Position numbers and translations under genes: made by a program | NCBI RefSeq assembly: GCF_006345805.1 | Contig: NC_043001.1 | Location: 111,848,001 to 111,912,000, forward strand | Direction: 5' to 3' | Origin: Octopus sinensis | Lineage: Eukaryota | DNA length: 64,000 bases | Shown here: positions 25,851 to 39,558 of the stretch, in pieces | Numbering within the stretch: position 1 is the first letter of the stretch | Layout of the letters: the number at the start of each line of letters is the position of its first letter | The notes under the pieces: model-generated | Told to the model about the DNA's origin: nothing | Databases searched by the model: none | The model's input: the letters and a program-made list of their open reading frames with translations, nothing else

Positions 25851-26677
25851 TATGTTAGGTAGGCAGATATTTCTCTTGCCTCCAAATAAATAACGTGCTG
25901 AATATTAGAGTTGACTTTTTGACACGCAGACGTTACTTCATTAAAAAATGGCTGTCTATGCTGAATGCAAATATCAATCTGATACATATTTTTTGTTCAC
26001 TCTCTAAACAAGATGGCGATTTTAAATAACATCGCAAAATCTTTGTGCAATATATAGCTTAAAATGTCTTCCATTTTCTTACAAAGTATTCATTTTAGCA
26101 TTTTAAGGTTCTAAGGCGCAACGGTTCCTAGCTTACGGCTATGCCAGTAGTACATATATCACATGGAGATAAGCAGCTATTCGTTTTACGGGGAAAATTT
26201 GAATTCCATATCATTATCTTAATTGGATCTAAACCACTTCTCTGAGACTCACAACATACACAATTTCATTGTATACCATTTCATTTTCCTCCTTACTAAA
26301 TACATCTGCATACTGCCACACAAATTAACGAGCGACATATGGTTTCATGAACTTTTGTTCATGTGTTTGTAAATTAGTACCGCTGTTAAATAAGAACGGT
26401 GTAAATGTCCCTGAAGTTTTATTGAAGTTAGATAAGTTGCGGTTTTTTATTGCAAGTATTTAGAAATCCGAAAATATTCTGTCGAACATACATTAATTTC
26501 GTTTGATAACGCTTACGGCTGTAATTTCAGAAAACTCATCTGGTTGCAGAAATACTTCATTCTTTCACTCATTCACTTTCAGTGTATACACATACGTGCG
26601 CGCATACACACATACATTCATACATATATATGTGTATGTAAATATAGGTATATATATACATATATATACATATATAT

Positions 26678-26719
<42 letters not shown>

Positions 26720-26721
26720 AT

Positions 26722-26916
26722 GTAAAATTCGTTTTTGGATTTGGTTTGCAAGATTCTATATGTGAGGTCTGGTGTTGAAGCATATTCTGTTGTGTCTGGG
26801 GAGAATTATTCTCTTTTAGTGCCTTATTATTTAACACACACAAAAGTAAAGTTTCCACTCATTTACTTATTTATTTTTCCTAAAATTTTCGTTGCGTCTT
26901 GCAACCTTTTCCATAC
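26722..26916 (-). mobile_element. PLE-pLTR-like repeat fragment ending in a degenerate hammerhead-like motif
   Basis: Homologous to 23340-23500. Minus 26880-26916 reads GTA-TGGAAAA-G-GTTGC-aagac-GCAAC-GAAA-ATTT-TAG. Confidence 0.5.
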
Positions 26917-27099
26917 TCATTGATTCTGTCCGTTATTCGAGCTGCGTTCCTTTTGTTTGTTTGTGCGCATGTGTGTGGGTCAGTGTATGCAAGCATACAC
27001 ATGCATGTATATACGTATGTATGTATGTATGTATGTATGTATGTATGTATGTATGTATGTATGTATGTATGTATGTATGTATGTATGTATGTATGTATG

Positions 27100-27154
<55 letters not shown>

Positions 27155-27464
27155 GGAGGCGCAATGGCCCAGTGGTTAGGGCAGCGGACTCGCGGTCGTA
27201 GGATTGCGGTTTCGATTCCCAGACCGGGCGTTATGAGTGTTTATTGAGCAAAAACACCTAAAGCTATAAGAGGCTCCTGCAGGGATGGTGGCGATCCCTG
27301 CTGTACTCTTTCGCCACAACTTTCTCTCACTCTTTCTTCTGTTGGCCTGCTCGCTTAACCAGCGGGGTGGCGTCATTTGAAGGCTAAAGCCATGCGAAGC
27401 GCATTGTGACCAGCGATGTGTAGCAACATCTGATAGCCTGGTCGGTCACGGTGATCACGGTGAT
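27155..27464 (+). mobile_element. SINE family C (tRNA head ggaggcgcaatggcccagtggttagg), body type 1
   Basis: A box tggcccagtgg and B box ggtttcgattcc; the 3' body differs from the other family C copies. Confidence 0.85.
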
Positions 27465-27989
27465 ATATATATGCATGTGTGTATGTATGATTGTATGTAT
27501 GCGTGTGCGTATGTATATATGTATGTATGTGTGTACGTTTGTATGTATGCATTTTGCATATTCATGTGCTTGTGTTTGCGTGTTTGTGTGAGTTTATGTG
27601 TATGTTTGCAAGTGTGTGTGTGTGTGTGTGCACCTGTGTCTTCTTGGTGTGTATGTCCGAGTGTGTCTGTGTGTTTGTATGTTTTTTTTGTGACTATCTA
27701 CTGTATCTGTATGTATGGGTGTGTGTCTCCATATGAGTGCTTGTATGAAGTGAAGTATGTGTGTATATGGTCATGTTTTTCAGTCTTCATTTGCGTATAT
27801 GTGTGTATGGTGCTTGCCTGTTCAGATTATCTATGTACCTATCCGTATGTATGTCTGTTTACATTCATATCCATTTACCTACAAGTATGTGCATATACAT
27901 ACACACACATACCTAGATCTACACTATTCTACACACTAACAATACTACCTGTATATAAATACAAACTGTGGGAATGAGGTATGGTTACC

Positions 27990-28255
27990 TTCTACGTATA
28001 TTTCCTATTTACCACCGGGGGAGTTTTATTTATGAGGGCATACTCCTGTATTTGAAAGGTTGGGTCCTTTCGGAGGTTGAATAAAATGTGGATGTCAAGT
28101 TGATCAAGGTTGCCTCTATGTTGGTCCTTGGCATGTTGGTAGAGTGTGTAGGAATGTTTTTTCTCTCATATGTCTGAAATGTCATCTAGTCTTTCCGTAA
28201 TGCTCCTAGATGTCTTCCCTATGTATGTCATGTTATGTTCATGTCTTTACAAGCA
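27990..28255 (-). mobile_element. Penelope-like GIY-YIG endonuclease fragment (second PLE family)
   Basis: Minus frame: TYIGKTSRSITERL....*EKKHSYTLYQHAKDQHRGNLDQLDIHILFNLRKDPTFQIQEYALIN. Confidence 0.7.
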
Positions 28256-28260
28256 CCTTC

Positions 28261-28291
28261 GTAGACTGAAAGAAGCCCGTCGTATATATGT

Positions 28292-28355
<64 letters not shown>

Positions 28356-28567
28356 ATGTTCATGTGTCTGTTTGTCCCCTCCCCCAGCATCGCTTGACAA
28401 CTGATGCTGGTGTGTTTACGTTCTCGTATCTTAGCGGTACGGCAAAAGAGAGCGATAGAATAAGTACTAGGTTTACAAAGTATAAGTCCTGGGGTAGATT
28501 TGCTCGACTAAAAGGCGTTGCTCCAGCATGGCCGCAGTCAAATGATTGAAACAAGTAAAAGAGTAAA
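28261..28567 (+). mobile_element. SINE family A, 5'-truncated
   Basis: Starts at gtagactgaaagaagcccgtcg; internal microsatellite; standard tail. Confidence 0.85.
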
Positions 28568-29160
28568 ACAATACTGGCATCGACACCACTCAATACTATA
28601 ATCTTGCTTCTCCTGAGCATATTTTAACTATGTTCTCGTACATCGTACACCTTAATAGCTCTCCTTTCCAAGGTATTATATCTTACTTCAGAAATCTTTA
28701 TTTCCGCGAAGATATTAATTGCTTTTCCACTCTTAGTAGCAAAACTAACCTGTAGTCCATTTATTATAATGCATATCAGGTTGTCTTTATTACACGAAGA
28801 TCTGATATCTCCATTATGTTTTATAGCTTTAAATTGTATTTCGGAAATTTTAGTTAAGATTAAGTAAAGGTCTCCACCTCAATTCCGATTCATCTGTGTA
28901 CATATTTCTTTAGCACTGATCGTAAAACTTTTATCTGCTTTGTATCTGTGCATCATTTATTCCTCTTGCATGTATGTATGTATGTATGTATGTATGTATG
29001 TATGTATGTATGTATGTATGTATGTATGTATGTGTGTGTGTATGTATGTATGTAATGTGAGTTGTGTTCGTTTAGGCTCCATTCAATCGTCATAAGTCAC
29101 TATATGATTTGGTGCACTACATTATATGTGCATATATTGTGACTATAACTAATACCATCT

Positions 29161-29965
29161 AAGGTGGCGAGCTGGCAGAATCATTAGCACGCCGGGTAAA
29201 ATGCTTTGCGGTATTTTGTCTGCCGCTACGTTCTAAGTTCAAATTCCGCCGAGGTCGACATTGCCTTTCATCATTTCGGGATCGATAAATTAAATACTAG
29301 TTGCATACTGAGGTGGATCTAATCGACTGACCACTCCCCCAAAATTTCAGGCCTTGTGCCTAGAGTAGAAAAGATTATATAATGTGTTTAGCACGCCGGG
29401 CGAAATGCTTGGAGGTATTTCGTCTACCGCTACGTTCCGAGTTCAAATTCCACCGAGGTCGACTTTGCATTTCATCCTTTCGGCATCGATAAATTAAGTA
29501 TCAGTTGCGTACTGAGGTGGATCTAATCGACTGACGCCCTCCCCCGAAATTCCGGGTCTTGTGTCTAGAGTAGAAAAGACTATATAATGCGTCTAGCACG
29601 CCGAGCGAAATGCTTAGAGGTATTTCGTCTTCGGCTACGTTCTGAGTTCAAATTACGCCGAGGTAGACTTTGCCTTTCATCCTTTCGGGTTCAAAAAATT
29701 AAGTACAAGTTGCGTACTGAGGTCGATTTCATTGACTACACCCTCCCCCATAAGTTTAGGCCTTGTGTCTAGAGTAGAAACGATTATATAATATGTCTAG
29801 CACGCCGTTCTGAGTTAAAATTCCGCCGAGGTCGACTTTGCCTTTCATCCTTTCGGGGTGGATAAAATAAGTACCAGTTACGCACTGGAGTTGATGTAAT
29901 AGACTAGCACCGTTACCCACCAAATTTTTAAGACCTTGTGCCTTAAGTAGAAATAATTAAATAAT
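29161..29965 (+). repeat. Tandem array of four family B SINE units (about 204-bp period)
   Basis: tagcacgcc recurs at 29185, 29389, 29594 and 29798. Only unit 1 keeps the head, and unit 4 has an internal deletion. Confidence 0.88.
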
Positions 29966-29989
29966 GTCTCTATTATATGCTATGCCCAG

Positions 29990-30222
29990 AAGGCGGCGAC
30001 CTGGCAGAAACGTTAGCACGCCGGGCGAAATGCGTAGCCGTATTTCGTCTGCCGTTACGTTCTGAGTTCAAATCACACCGAGGTCGACTTTGCCTTTCAT
30101 CCTTTCGGGGTCGATAAATTAAGTACCAGTTACGCACTGGGGTCGATGCAATCGACTTAATCCGTTTGTCTGTCCTTGTTTGTCCCCTCTGTGTTTAGCC
30201 CCTTGTGGTTAGTAAAGAAATA
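29990..30222 (+). mobile_element. SINE family B, full length, with a 16-bp TSD
   Basis: TSD tatatgctatgcccag (29974-29989) / tatatgctctgtccag (30223-30238), 2 mismatches. Confidence 0.9.
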
Positions 30223-30477
30223 TATATGCTCTGTCCAGCTGCTATGACTGTTTCAAGCAGATTAATCTGGTCCTCTGCTCTGTAGCTCTGTAGAACAAAT
30301 GTTCGCAAATCATGTGTTGCACGCAATTATGTGCTGCACAGGGCATACAATTGCGTCAAGGCGTTTTAAACTGGAAATGTAAGTCATCAGGAAAACGAAA
30401 CTAATGATAGAGAAACTCTGATGACTACGACTTAGAATTATAAAAACTAGCCATAGTTATTCTGAAATATAAACAAT

Positions 30478-30660
30478 AGGCGTAGGAGTGGCTGTGTGGT
30501 TCCGGGTTCAGTCCCACTGCGTGGCACCTTGGGGAGGTATCTTCTACTGGAACCTCGGGCCGACCAAAGCCTTGTGAGTGTATTTGGTAGACGGAAACTG
30601 AAAGAAGCCCGTCGTATATATAATATATATATATATTTATGTGTATGTATATATATATAC

Positions 30661-30694
<34 letters not shown>

Positions 30695-30866
30695 ATGTGT
30701 GCGTGCGCGTGTCTGTTTTTGTCTCCCCAACATCGCTGCTTGACAACCAATGCTAGAATAAGTACGAGGCTTACAAAGAGTAAGTCCTTGGGTCGATTTG
30801 CTCGACTAAAGGCGGTGCTCCAGCATGGCCGCAGTCAAATGACTGAAACAAGTAACGAGAGAGTAA
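30478..30866 (+). mobile_element. SINE family A with internal deletions; a partial family B copy follows at about 30900-31040
   Basis: Family A head, body and tail. Confidence 0.85.
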
Positions 30867-32457
30867 TTACTTTAGCACACATTAGTTTAGTAATTACTTA
30901 GCGCCATTTGTCCGTCTTTACGTTCTGAGTTCAAATTCTGCCGAGGTCTACTTTGCCTTTCATCTTTTTTCGGAGTCGATAATCGACTATTTCCCTGTCC
31001 CAAACTTTAGGCCTTGTGCCTTTAGTAAAAAGGATCATTATTACTATTGTTGTTGTTGTTGTTAGAAATGCATCAAGAATATTTTCGACGTTAACTGCTC
31101 TGTGAAACTTGTTTCTATTACATTCCAGATCCAATTATTGATATTTTCTACAACGTGCCCCTGCTTATTAACAGAAACTGTAATAATGTTTTTAATGCAG
31201 TAACTTGGTCGATAGGGATTAATACCCTTTGAATCCACTCCTCTTCTATATCACAGTTATTTTGTAGAACTGTGTCGATTAATAATTAAGCTTCTCTCAT
31301 TCCTGTTATGTAAGGTGATATCACATTTGCCGCATAGAACCTAGGGGTTTATTTGTATGATAACATCCCATAGCTTCTTTACATTATAATTTTCTGAGAC
31401 AGGTAGAGAATTATTTATACGACAAACAGAGTAAATGTTATTCAAACAATAAATAATAGTTGGAGTATGTAGTGCAGCTTTGCAAATTTATCGCTGTATA
31501 TCGCTTCAAATAACACTCTGCAGCCGACATTATTTTTTATTCATAAAGTATAATTTGTGAATTTTCCTTTTAACGAATCTCATTGTGATTCCTGCTTCTG
31601 TTACTTAATACTGGATCTGCAGATTTAAGCTAAATATATTTCATATTGTTTATGCAAGGGCATTCGATTCATGAAAATATTGTCCATGCAAAGGAATGCC
31701 TATATGATTGTTCAGCAACATCAGTTCGAGTGTTATTTTTATACCTGTTTTTGTTGAGATACGCTTAGCTCTCCTAAATCTAATCCAATTTATTTGGATA
31801 ATATTGTTGCTGTATTTACAATCAATACACCACCATTATTGCGAGTTGAGTTGAAAAAGTAGCGGATAACTCTAATAACCGCCTTCATATATCGCTTCCT
31901 AATATCCAATATTTCTATTACAAACAACTGTTTTGGAGATGTTCAGACGATAGCTGTCAGATATGTTATAGAACATTTGCTGTCTTTTACTAGAATGCTC
32001 GTATTACAGTCTATGAGTTGTAAGTGCGTTACTTGTGTCTAGTAAAACAGAACCATATATTATGGATCGCAATGCAAATGTCGGATGGATCTGAGAGAAA
32101 AATCGCTTCAGAGACGAGTCATAAAATGAAAATGAACAACAAATATTCTTTTCAGTATCTGTTTGCGGTGAATATTACATATTACACCAGCCCACATTTG
32201 CTGTCACATGTCACAAAGTATTTGTAGGAGAGAGTGTGTAGTAACAACTCTTTTCCTTGTGCTTCGAAACCATTTGCTCGAGTCGGCAATTCGCCAAATT
32301 GTTATCATATTCAAGTACTCCACCAGTTCAAATGACATCTTGTAATCTGTAAGCAATACAGTGGAGAGTTTCATGTAGTGAGCTGTATGAAAATTACACT
32401 TTTTATGTGATCCACGAAACGATACTTAATCTGCCTTGTGTGTGAGTGTATGTGTGT

Positions 32458-32505
<48 letters not shown>

Positions 32506-33368
32506 ACATATATTCACACACACACACATACACACACACACACACACACACGCATACACACACATATAATAGTTAATAAAACGAATGGTTTCCGCCTGGT
32601 AGGTTACTGGTAAAGTACGGTCACTTTCACTGTTTTCGTTATATATATGATAAATGAGAAGAGGTATTGCAGCCTTCGTTTTCCTACATTTCTTTCTACG
32701 ATATGAGAAAAATACATTGTAGAACTGTACAGTTATTTTAACGATTTGTATCTATTTATCACCCGATGAGACACACCCTTGAGGGATCACTGCACATATT
32801 AGGAGTCAATAAGATATATTAAAATTAATGGAAGATAAGTAATCAAGATGATTAATTTTTTTAGATTTAGTAGATGGTGATTTATTATTGAGTCGAATTA
32901 AAAGAATATGTTAGACATAATATTTAAAAATATCAGGTGTCAGTAATGTATATTACCGAAAATCCCTCCATCCCCACTAACAGATTTAAATAACTAAAGG
33001 AAAAAATTTATAGTCAGAAGGGAAATTTTAATACTATCATGTTCTTAACAATCAAATCAATCTCTCTGTCTGTATATCTACCCTCTTTATAATGTTGGCA
33101 AACGAAATGGAAATAAGTATATGTATTGTCCGTTTGATGGAAGACTTCTATAAATAGCTGAAGATTGCTCAACATTTTAAAACTGATGTAATACTTACAA
33201 TGTTTAATAAAATGACGTAGCATGAAACGATTGTATCAAATTACCGAAGATATACGTGTTGCTTATTTTGATTATAATCACCCCATGGATTTATATGGAT
33301 AATACCATACAAAATTCTGGTGCATCTGACTTAAGTACCATATTCATTTGAATCTAAATTTTGCTGAA

Positions 33369-33419
<51 letters not shown>

Positions 33420-34297
33420 TATATGTATATATACACACACATACGTCCGTACAAACATACATACATACATATATTCATACATACGTATGTATATATGTAT
33501 TCTTTTATTCTTTTACATGTTTCAGCTATTTCACTGGAGCCATACTAGAGCAGGCAAATGACTTTCACACTACTCTCGGATGCCTCCAAGTTTTGTTATT
33601 GAAGTTCCATAGGCAGAAACTGTGGCAGCGTACTAGATGACTATATCTATATTCCAAAGTCAACTTTGCTCCACACGTCACTGGGCTCGTTCAACCTAAA
33701 GATTACATCATGCGAATAGGTGTGTATGGTGTACTCACCCAATATTCAATGTAATTTAGCGTGTCGATCTTTCAATTGATCGCACAACTAAAATACACAT
33801 CGCTGAAGACGAAGCATCAATTATATTTCTTCTTATAATATGTAGCATTTGCTAGCTGAATGTACACAAGGCTTTCCGAAAATCGTTACGTTAATCAAAT
33901 AAATGAATTGGGTATTTTATCTTCGAGAAACGGCGAATCAAGGGAACACAATATAATTCACAAATCGTTTTAGATGCATTATTCAAAAGGATTAAACGAG
34001 TGAAGGTGTCGATGTGAAATTGTCCAACGAACATTAGCAAACAACCTGAAGCCTACTTCAATTTCTTTCGGTGAAGCCCCAGTTCGAAGTTCTGATTGTT
34101 CAAGAGAGAACAATTTATAAAGCAAAGTGTTTGCACTGTTGAACCGATATAAATTCTTAAGGACAGATAAACTATTATAATATCCTAGATTGTGTTAGTG
34201 AACTCTCTAAACATTATGTAATCTTTAATACTACAGATTTCATTACTGAGCGCTGGTTATCCAGTGTGTTACACAATAAGACAGACGACAATTACAA

Positions 34298-34342
<45 letters not shown>

Positions 34343-34375
34343 TATATATATATATATATATACATATACATGCAA

Positions 34376-34424
<49 letters not shown>

Positions 34425-34575
34425 ATATATATATTATGTGTGTGTATATAAATATATACATGCACATACAAATGTATAAAATACAATACTGCTGTATTTT
34501 ACATTGGGTACTGGAATGATTTCTCTTATCACAACATACTTCGAATTGAGAGAAGGAAGAAAAGTATAAGAAAGC

Positions 34576-34620
<45 letters not shown>

Positions 34621-35078
34621 GATAGAGAGAGAGTTAACATAGGTTTAGTTGGGTAGCAAGGAATAAAGGAATACTACAAAGAGTTACAGAGAATAAATCA
34701 TAGACAAGTAGACGTCGGAGGAGAAAGGAGGAGGAAAAGTAAATGACGGAGAGGTTATGGCGGAGAAATGCATAAAACATGTTTAGAAAGAAAATTGATG
34801 AGTTCCTGCGCGTGACGTAGCGATAATTGAAAGAGGTGAATAAAACATATAAATGTGCCTATTAAGTGTATAACTTGGTATACACTCTATCAAGAAACAC
34901 ACACACGCACGCACACACACATACACATATTCGTTTCATTTCATAATTTATATTCAAAAATGTACCAAAATGACTGAAAGTAAATTAAACACTGTATTAG
35001 CTTCATGTTGTGTAAGTTCATACAAGCGCACACCATCCAGCTCTATGTCTCTATTTCTCGTCATTGTGTTTATATATA

Positions 35079-35160
<82 letters not shown>

Positions 35161-35373
35161 ATAATTCAAGGTAGAAAATGCTAAAATAATTTTATCATAA
35201 AAATCATTTTAGTACCAGTTTCAGTCATTATGACTTTTTCAACTTTAAGTATGAAAAACAATTGAATTTTGGAAAAATTAAATGAAAAGTTAAAAAAAAT
35301 ATATTTGCATAGTATTTAAATACAAGGGGCATTTTCCTTGCTTCTGCCTGCCTCTATCTCTTTATATATATAT

Positions 35374-35425
<52 letters not shown>

Positions 35426-35633
35426 ATATAATAATTCAAGGTAGAAAATGCTAAAATAATTTTATCATAAAAATCATTTTAGTACCAGTTTCAGTCATTA
35501 TGACTTTTTCAACTTTAAGTATGAAAAACAATTGAATTTTGGAAAAATTAAATGAAAAGTTAAAAAAAATATATTTGCATAGTATTTAAATACAAGGGGC
35601 ATTTTCCTTGCTTCTGCCTGCCTCTATCTCTTT
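35161..35633. repeat. 270-bp-period tandem duplication bounded by (TA)n
   Basis: A 203-bp non-microsatellite block at 35161-35363 is repeated at 35431-35633. Confidence 0.92.
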
Positions 35634-37038
35634 ATATATATATATATATGATGGGACAAGAACGCAAAACATCCAGTTAGTGAGGTCATATATAACACAC
35701 ACACACACATATATGGAGAGAGAAGGAGAGAGAGAAAGACATTATTTCATTTTCAAACCCCATAACCTATCTTGATTCCTACAACTTTCTGAAAACTACA
35801 TATTTTTTTGTAATGAAAGTCTTGAAGACACTGGTTTTCGATGGAGTAAAGGCGATTATTTAGCATTTTGTTCCTGTTCATTTCTGTAACGTTAACTATT
35901 TTACTATTCGCCCTGATTTATATGTCCGAAGCATCAAAATATTTAATCTACACTGAGCAGGGAAGTAATTCGTTCTGTAACCAATATGTACATGCACCTC
36001 GCTCCACGCGAGCGCACAAACATATATACATACATACGTACAGACGTATATACAACCATAATTTCCCATAAAACATATCCAACAAGAAATTGGAATTATG
36101 TTTTCAAATATAAGTTTGTAATGAAAACTATATAGCACAAACTGCATTGAATATAGGATAGAGAATGAGGGTCTATCTTCAACAGATAAGAGGACCCAAC
36201 ACCCAACACCACAAGATATACTCATTACTAAGCATATAATATTTTGTCCAACAAACAAATGTTCCAAACTTTGCTTTTATACTAACGAATAAGGAAGACT
36301 TCAGTCCGATTACTACTAAATATAAAAACCATGCTTATTAAGAAATATAAATCAAAACTTAGAGGTAATATTTATGCCCACTTAAAACTAAGTACTTTAT
36401 TACAACAAGGGAGAATAAATAAACACTGTATATTCGAAACACCTACACAACTAAATGAACATAAAGGGCTTCCTCCGGGATTCGAACTCCTAAATTAAAA
36501 TCAATGTGTAATTACATTGTTCCGACTCAATTTGCTGAACTCTGGCCAGGATTGAATAACTGGATTATGATATTGATTAAAAATGGGCTTTGAGCAAAAA
36601 ATGATGAAAGCCACAACGGATTTTCAATTAGCATTCGTCTTGTCAGGGTATCAGAATGCTACGTCCTAGGGGAATAAGCTAACTTGAAAAATACTTGATA
36701 ATAACCAGGAGATTTGATAAACGAACAAATGGCGTCCACAGACTACCATCCAGTCATAATGGTAGACTTTAGTTTGAAATATCGACTGATCAGAACACAT
36801 GATAAACGAATGACGTCAACTAGCATTCAGCACACCAGAACGCTAAACCACAAGCGGGTAAAATCTGGTGAGGTTTTTGAGTAAGTAGCCAATCGAGATT
36901 TGAACCAAGAGTCGGACAATTTTATAACAAATTACCAGAACGTTTGATGAACAAATTATTTGACTAGATACTCAGGCAAAGGAAACACTAGATCACTGAT
37001 GAACAAAATCAAGTTGGACACACCAATACCCTGTATAC

Positions 37039-37069
<31 letters not shown>

Positions 37070-37184
37070 CCTACATACATACATCATACATACACACATA
37101 CATACATACATACATAAATACATACATACATACATCATACATACATACATACATACATACATACATACATACATACAGGTTATA

Positions 37185-37450
37185 ATAACACTGATCATCA
37201 AGACTATCATGGACCAATAGCCGGATCACTACCTCCCACTTTGAAGGGTATGTGTTTGCAATTGAGGAACAGGAAATATCAACCAAATATCTGAAGCACA
37301 AAGGGGATAGAGATGCAGGATAAACAGTAAAATGTGACAACTGATTTACGAAAAATAGCTGCAACGTCTGTTTCACATCACATATCGACTTTTTCTCTAT
37401 GAAGGAGAAAGCCACATATTCTAAGATACATATGATATATTACAAAATGG
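37185..37450 (+). mobile_element. RLE-type (R4-like) non-LTR retrotransposon fragment upstream of the CCHC region
   Basis: Frame reads WTNSRITTSHFEGYVFAIEEQEISTKYLKHKGDRDAG*TVKCDN, matching the EG..FAIQ.QEI.T.Y motif. Confidence 0.65.
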
Positions 37451-37755
37451 AAATGATGGCCTCAGTAGAAACAATTTTCTTCGATACAACAAAAACCACA
37501 TGGATCTGACAGGCTTGAAGCCATGTGCTTGTCGGCAATTCTTCCTTCAGATCAAGCCATTATAAATACTTTAATAAGGAGCACAACGCATGAAATGCGT
37601 ACAATTATGCTATTGTCATATGAGAATATCAAATGATGAATTTAATCGTTTCTCACCATTAACTCCAAATTTACAATTGACAGAGGAAATCCATTAATGA
37701 ATCTCTATTCCCATCATCCATCCTCGTAATATATCGGGACGGTGGTACATAATTT

Positions 37756-38078
37756 GTGGAGGCGCAATGGCCCAGTGGTGAGGGCAGCGGACTCTCGGTC
37801 GGAGGATCGCGGTTTCGATTTCCAAACCGGGCGTTGTCTGTGTTTTTTGAGCGAAAACATCTAAAGCTCCACGAGGCTCCGGCAGGGTGGTGGGTGGTGT
37901 CGGCCCCTATTGTACTCTTTCGCCCCAACTTTCTCTCACTCTTTCATCCTGTTTCTTGAGTAACGCTGCGATGGACTGGCGTCCCGTCCAGCTGGGGGGG
38001 AACACATACGCCACAGAAACCGGGAAACTGGGCCCATGAGCCTGGTTAGGCTTGAAAAGGGCGCAAAAAGAAAAAAAA
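37756..38078 (+). mobile_element. SINE family C with a V-domain-like core, A-rich tail and 12-bp TSD
   Basis: ctgcgatggactggcgtcccgtccag (37966-37991) matches the V-SINE core as I recall it. TSD ggtacataattt at 37744-37755 and 38079-38090. Confidence 0.85.
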
Positions 38079-38794
38079 GGTACATAATTTTAAAGAACTT
38101 TTAAATTTACATGATTCTATAGTAGAATCAACGTAATTCAGAAACTAAATTATTTTTATCTCAATAGGCACAGCGACAGTTGTGTTGTTAAGCTCAATTT
38201 CTGGTTGCAAATCGAGCTACACAAATCTATTCTACTTTTGACTTGGGCTGCCATTGCCTTGTAAGCCAATTTGCTACACAGAATCTGTGGAAGCTTGTCA
38301 TCCCCCCTATCTCTCTCTCTCTGCCTATATGTCTGTGTGTTCGTGTGAGTGCACGCTTCTATGTATGTCTTTGTGTTTGTGTACCCGCCCACCGTTTGAC
38401 AATCAGTATTAGTTTGTTTAGTTCTCCTTAAGTTAGCAGTTCGACTAAAGTACTCATAGAATAAATACAATGCTTTAAACTAAATATGAAGTTGATGTGT
38501 TTGATTCATCCCTTGAAGGCAGGACACATCAAGGCCACAGTCTTTTGACTGAAACAAGTAAATATGAAATGAGATATTATGAGATATATAAGGCAAAGTT
38601 TAACCCTGGATAACTGGAACTCAGAGTTCATAGGGTTTCATGATAACTTATCGATAAAGGAAGTTCATAAGATCACGAAAGGATAGGAAGTATATAGCAA
38701 CCGGTAAGAGACTGCTGTAGGTGAGGGTTGCCTTGATTTTAATACAAGGAGAGGTGTAAAATGAATTATCTTCTATCTTCTACTTGATTCAGAC

Positions 38795-39145
38795 ATTAGA
38801 CTGCGGCCATGCGGGGGTCACCACCCTATTTATACTATTATTCTGCCGGATTCTTTTATAGAACTACTAAGTAACGGGTACGTAAAAACACCATCACCGG
38901 TTTCAAGCGGTGAGGGTTGTCAAACACAGACACAAACACAGACACACACACACACACACAAACATACACATATAGGCGCAAGAGTGGCTGTGTGGTAAAT
39001 CGATTGCTTAAGAACCACATGGTTCCAGGTTCAGTCCCACTGAGTAGCACCTTGGGCAAGTGTCTTGTACTATAGCCTTGTGCCGACCAAATCTTTGTGA
39101 GTGGATTTGGTAGACGGAAACTGAAAGAAGCACGTCGTATATATG

Positions 39146-39189
<44 letters not shown>

Positions 39190-39558
39190 TGTTTGTCCCC
39201 ACAACATCGCTTGACAACCAATGCTGGCGTGTTTACGTCCCCGTAACTTAGCGGTTCGGCAAAAGAGACCGATAGAATAAGTACTAGGCTTACAAAGAAT
39301 AAGCCCTGGGGTCGATTTGCTCGACTAAAGGCAGTGCTCCAGTATGGCCGCAGTGAAATGACTGAAACAAGTAAAAGTATAAAGTGAAAGTGTAGCGTAC
39401 AGGCTTCTTTTAGTTTCCGTCTACAGATCCGCACACAATGCTGTGGTCGCCCCGAATCTATGGTAGAAGACACTTGCCCAATATAAGATGCAGGGCGATC
39501 GAACTCGGAACCATGTGGTTGAAAAGTAAACTTCTGATCGCATAGCCACGCCTGCGTC
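38795..39558. mobile_element. Cluster of family A SINEs: minus partial (38795-38960), plus full (38974-39390), minus head (39397-39558)
   Basis: Recognisable family A segments in alternating orientation; further minus partials at 40031-40200 and 41197-41354. Confidence 0.8.

Noticed and set aside
29161-29965. CRISPR-like array
   Set aside because: The units are whole diverged SINE bodies, not short repeats with unique spacers; the context is eukaryotic with no cas genes.
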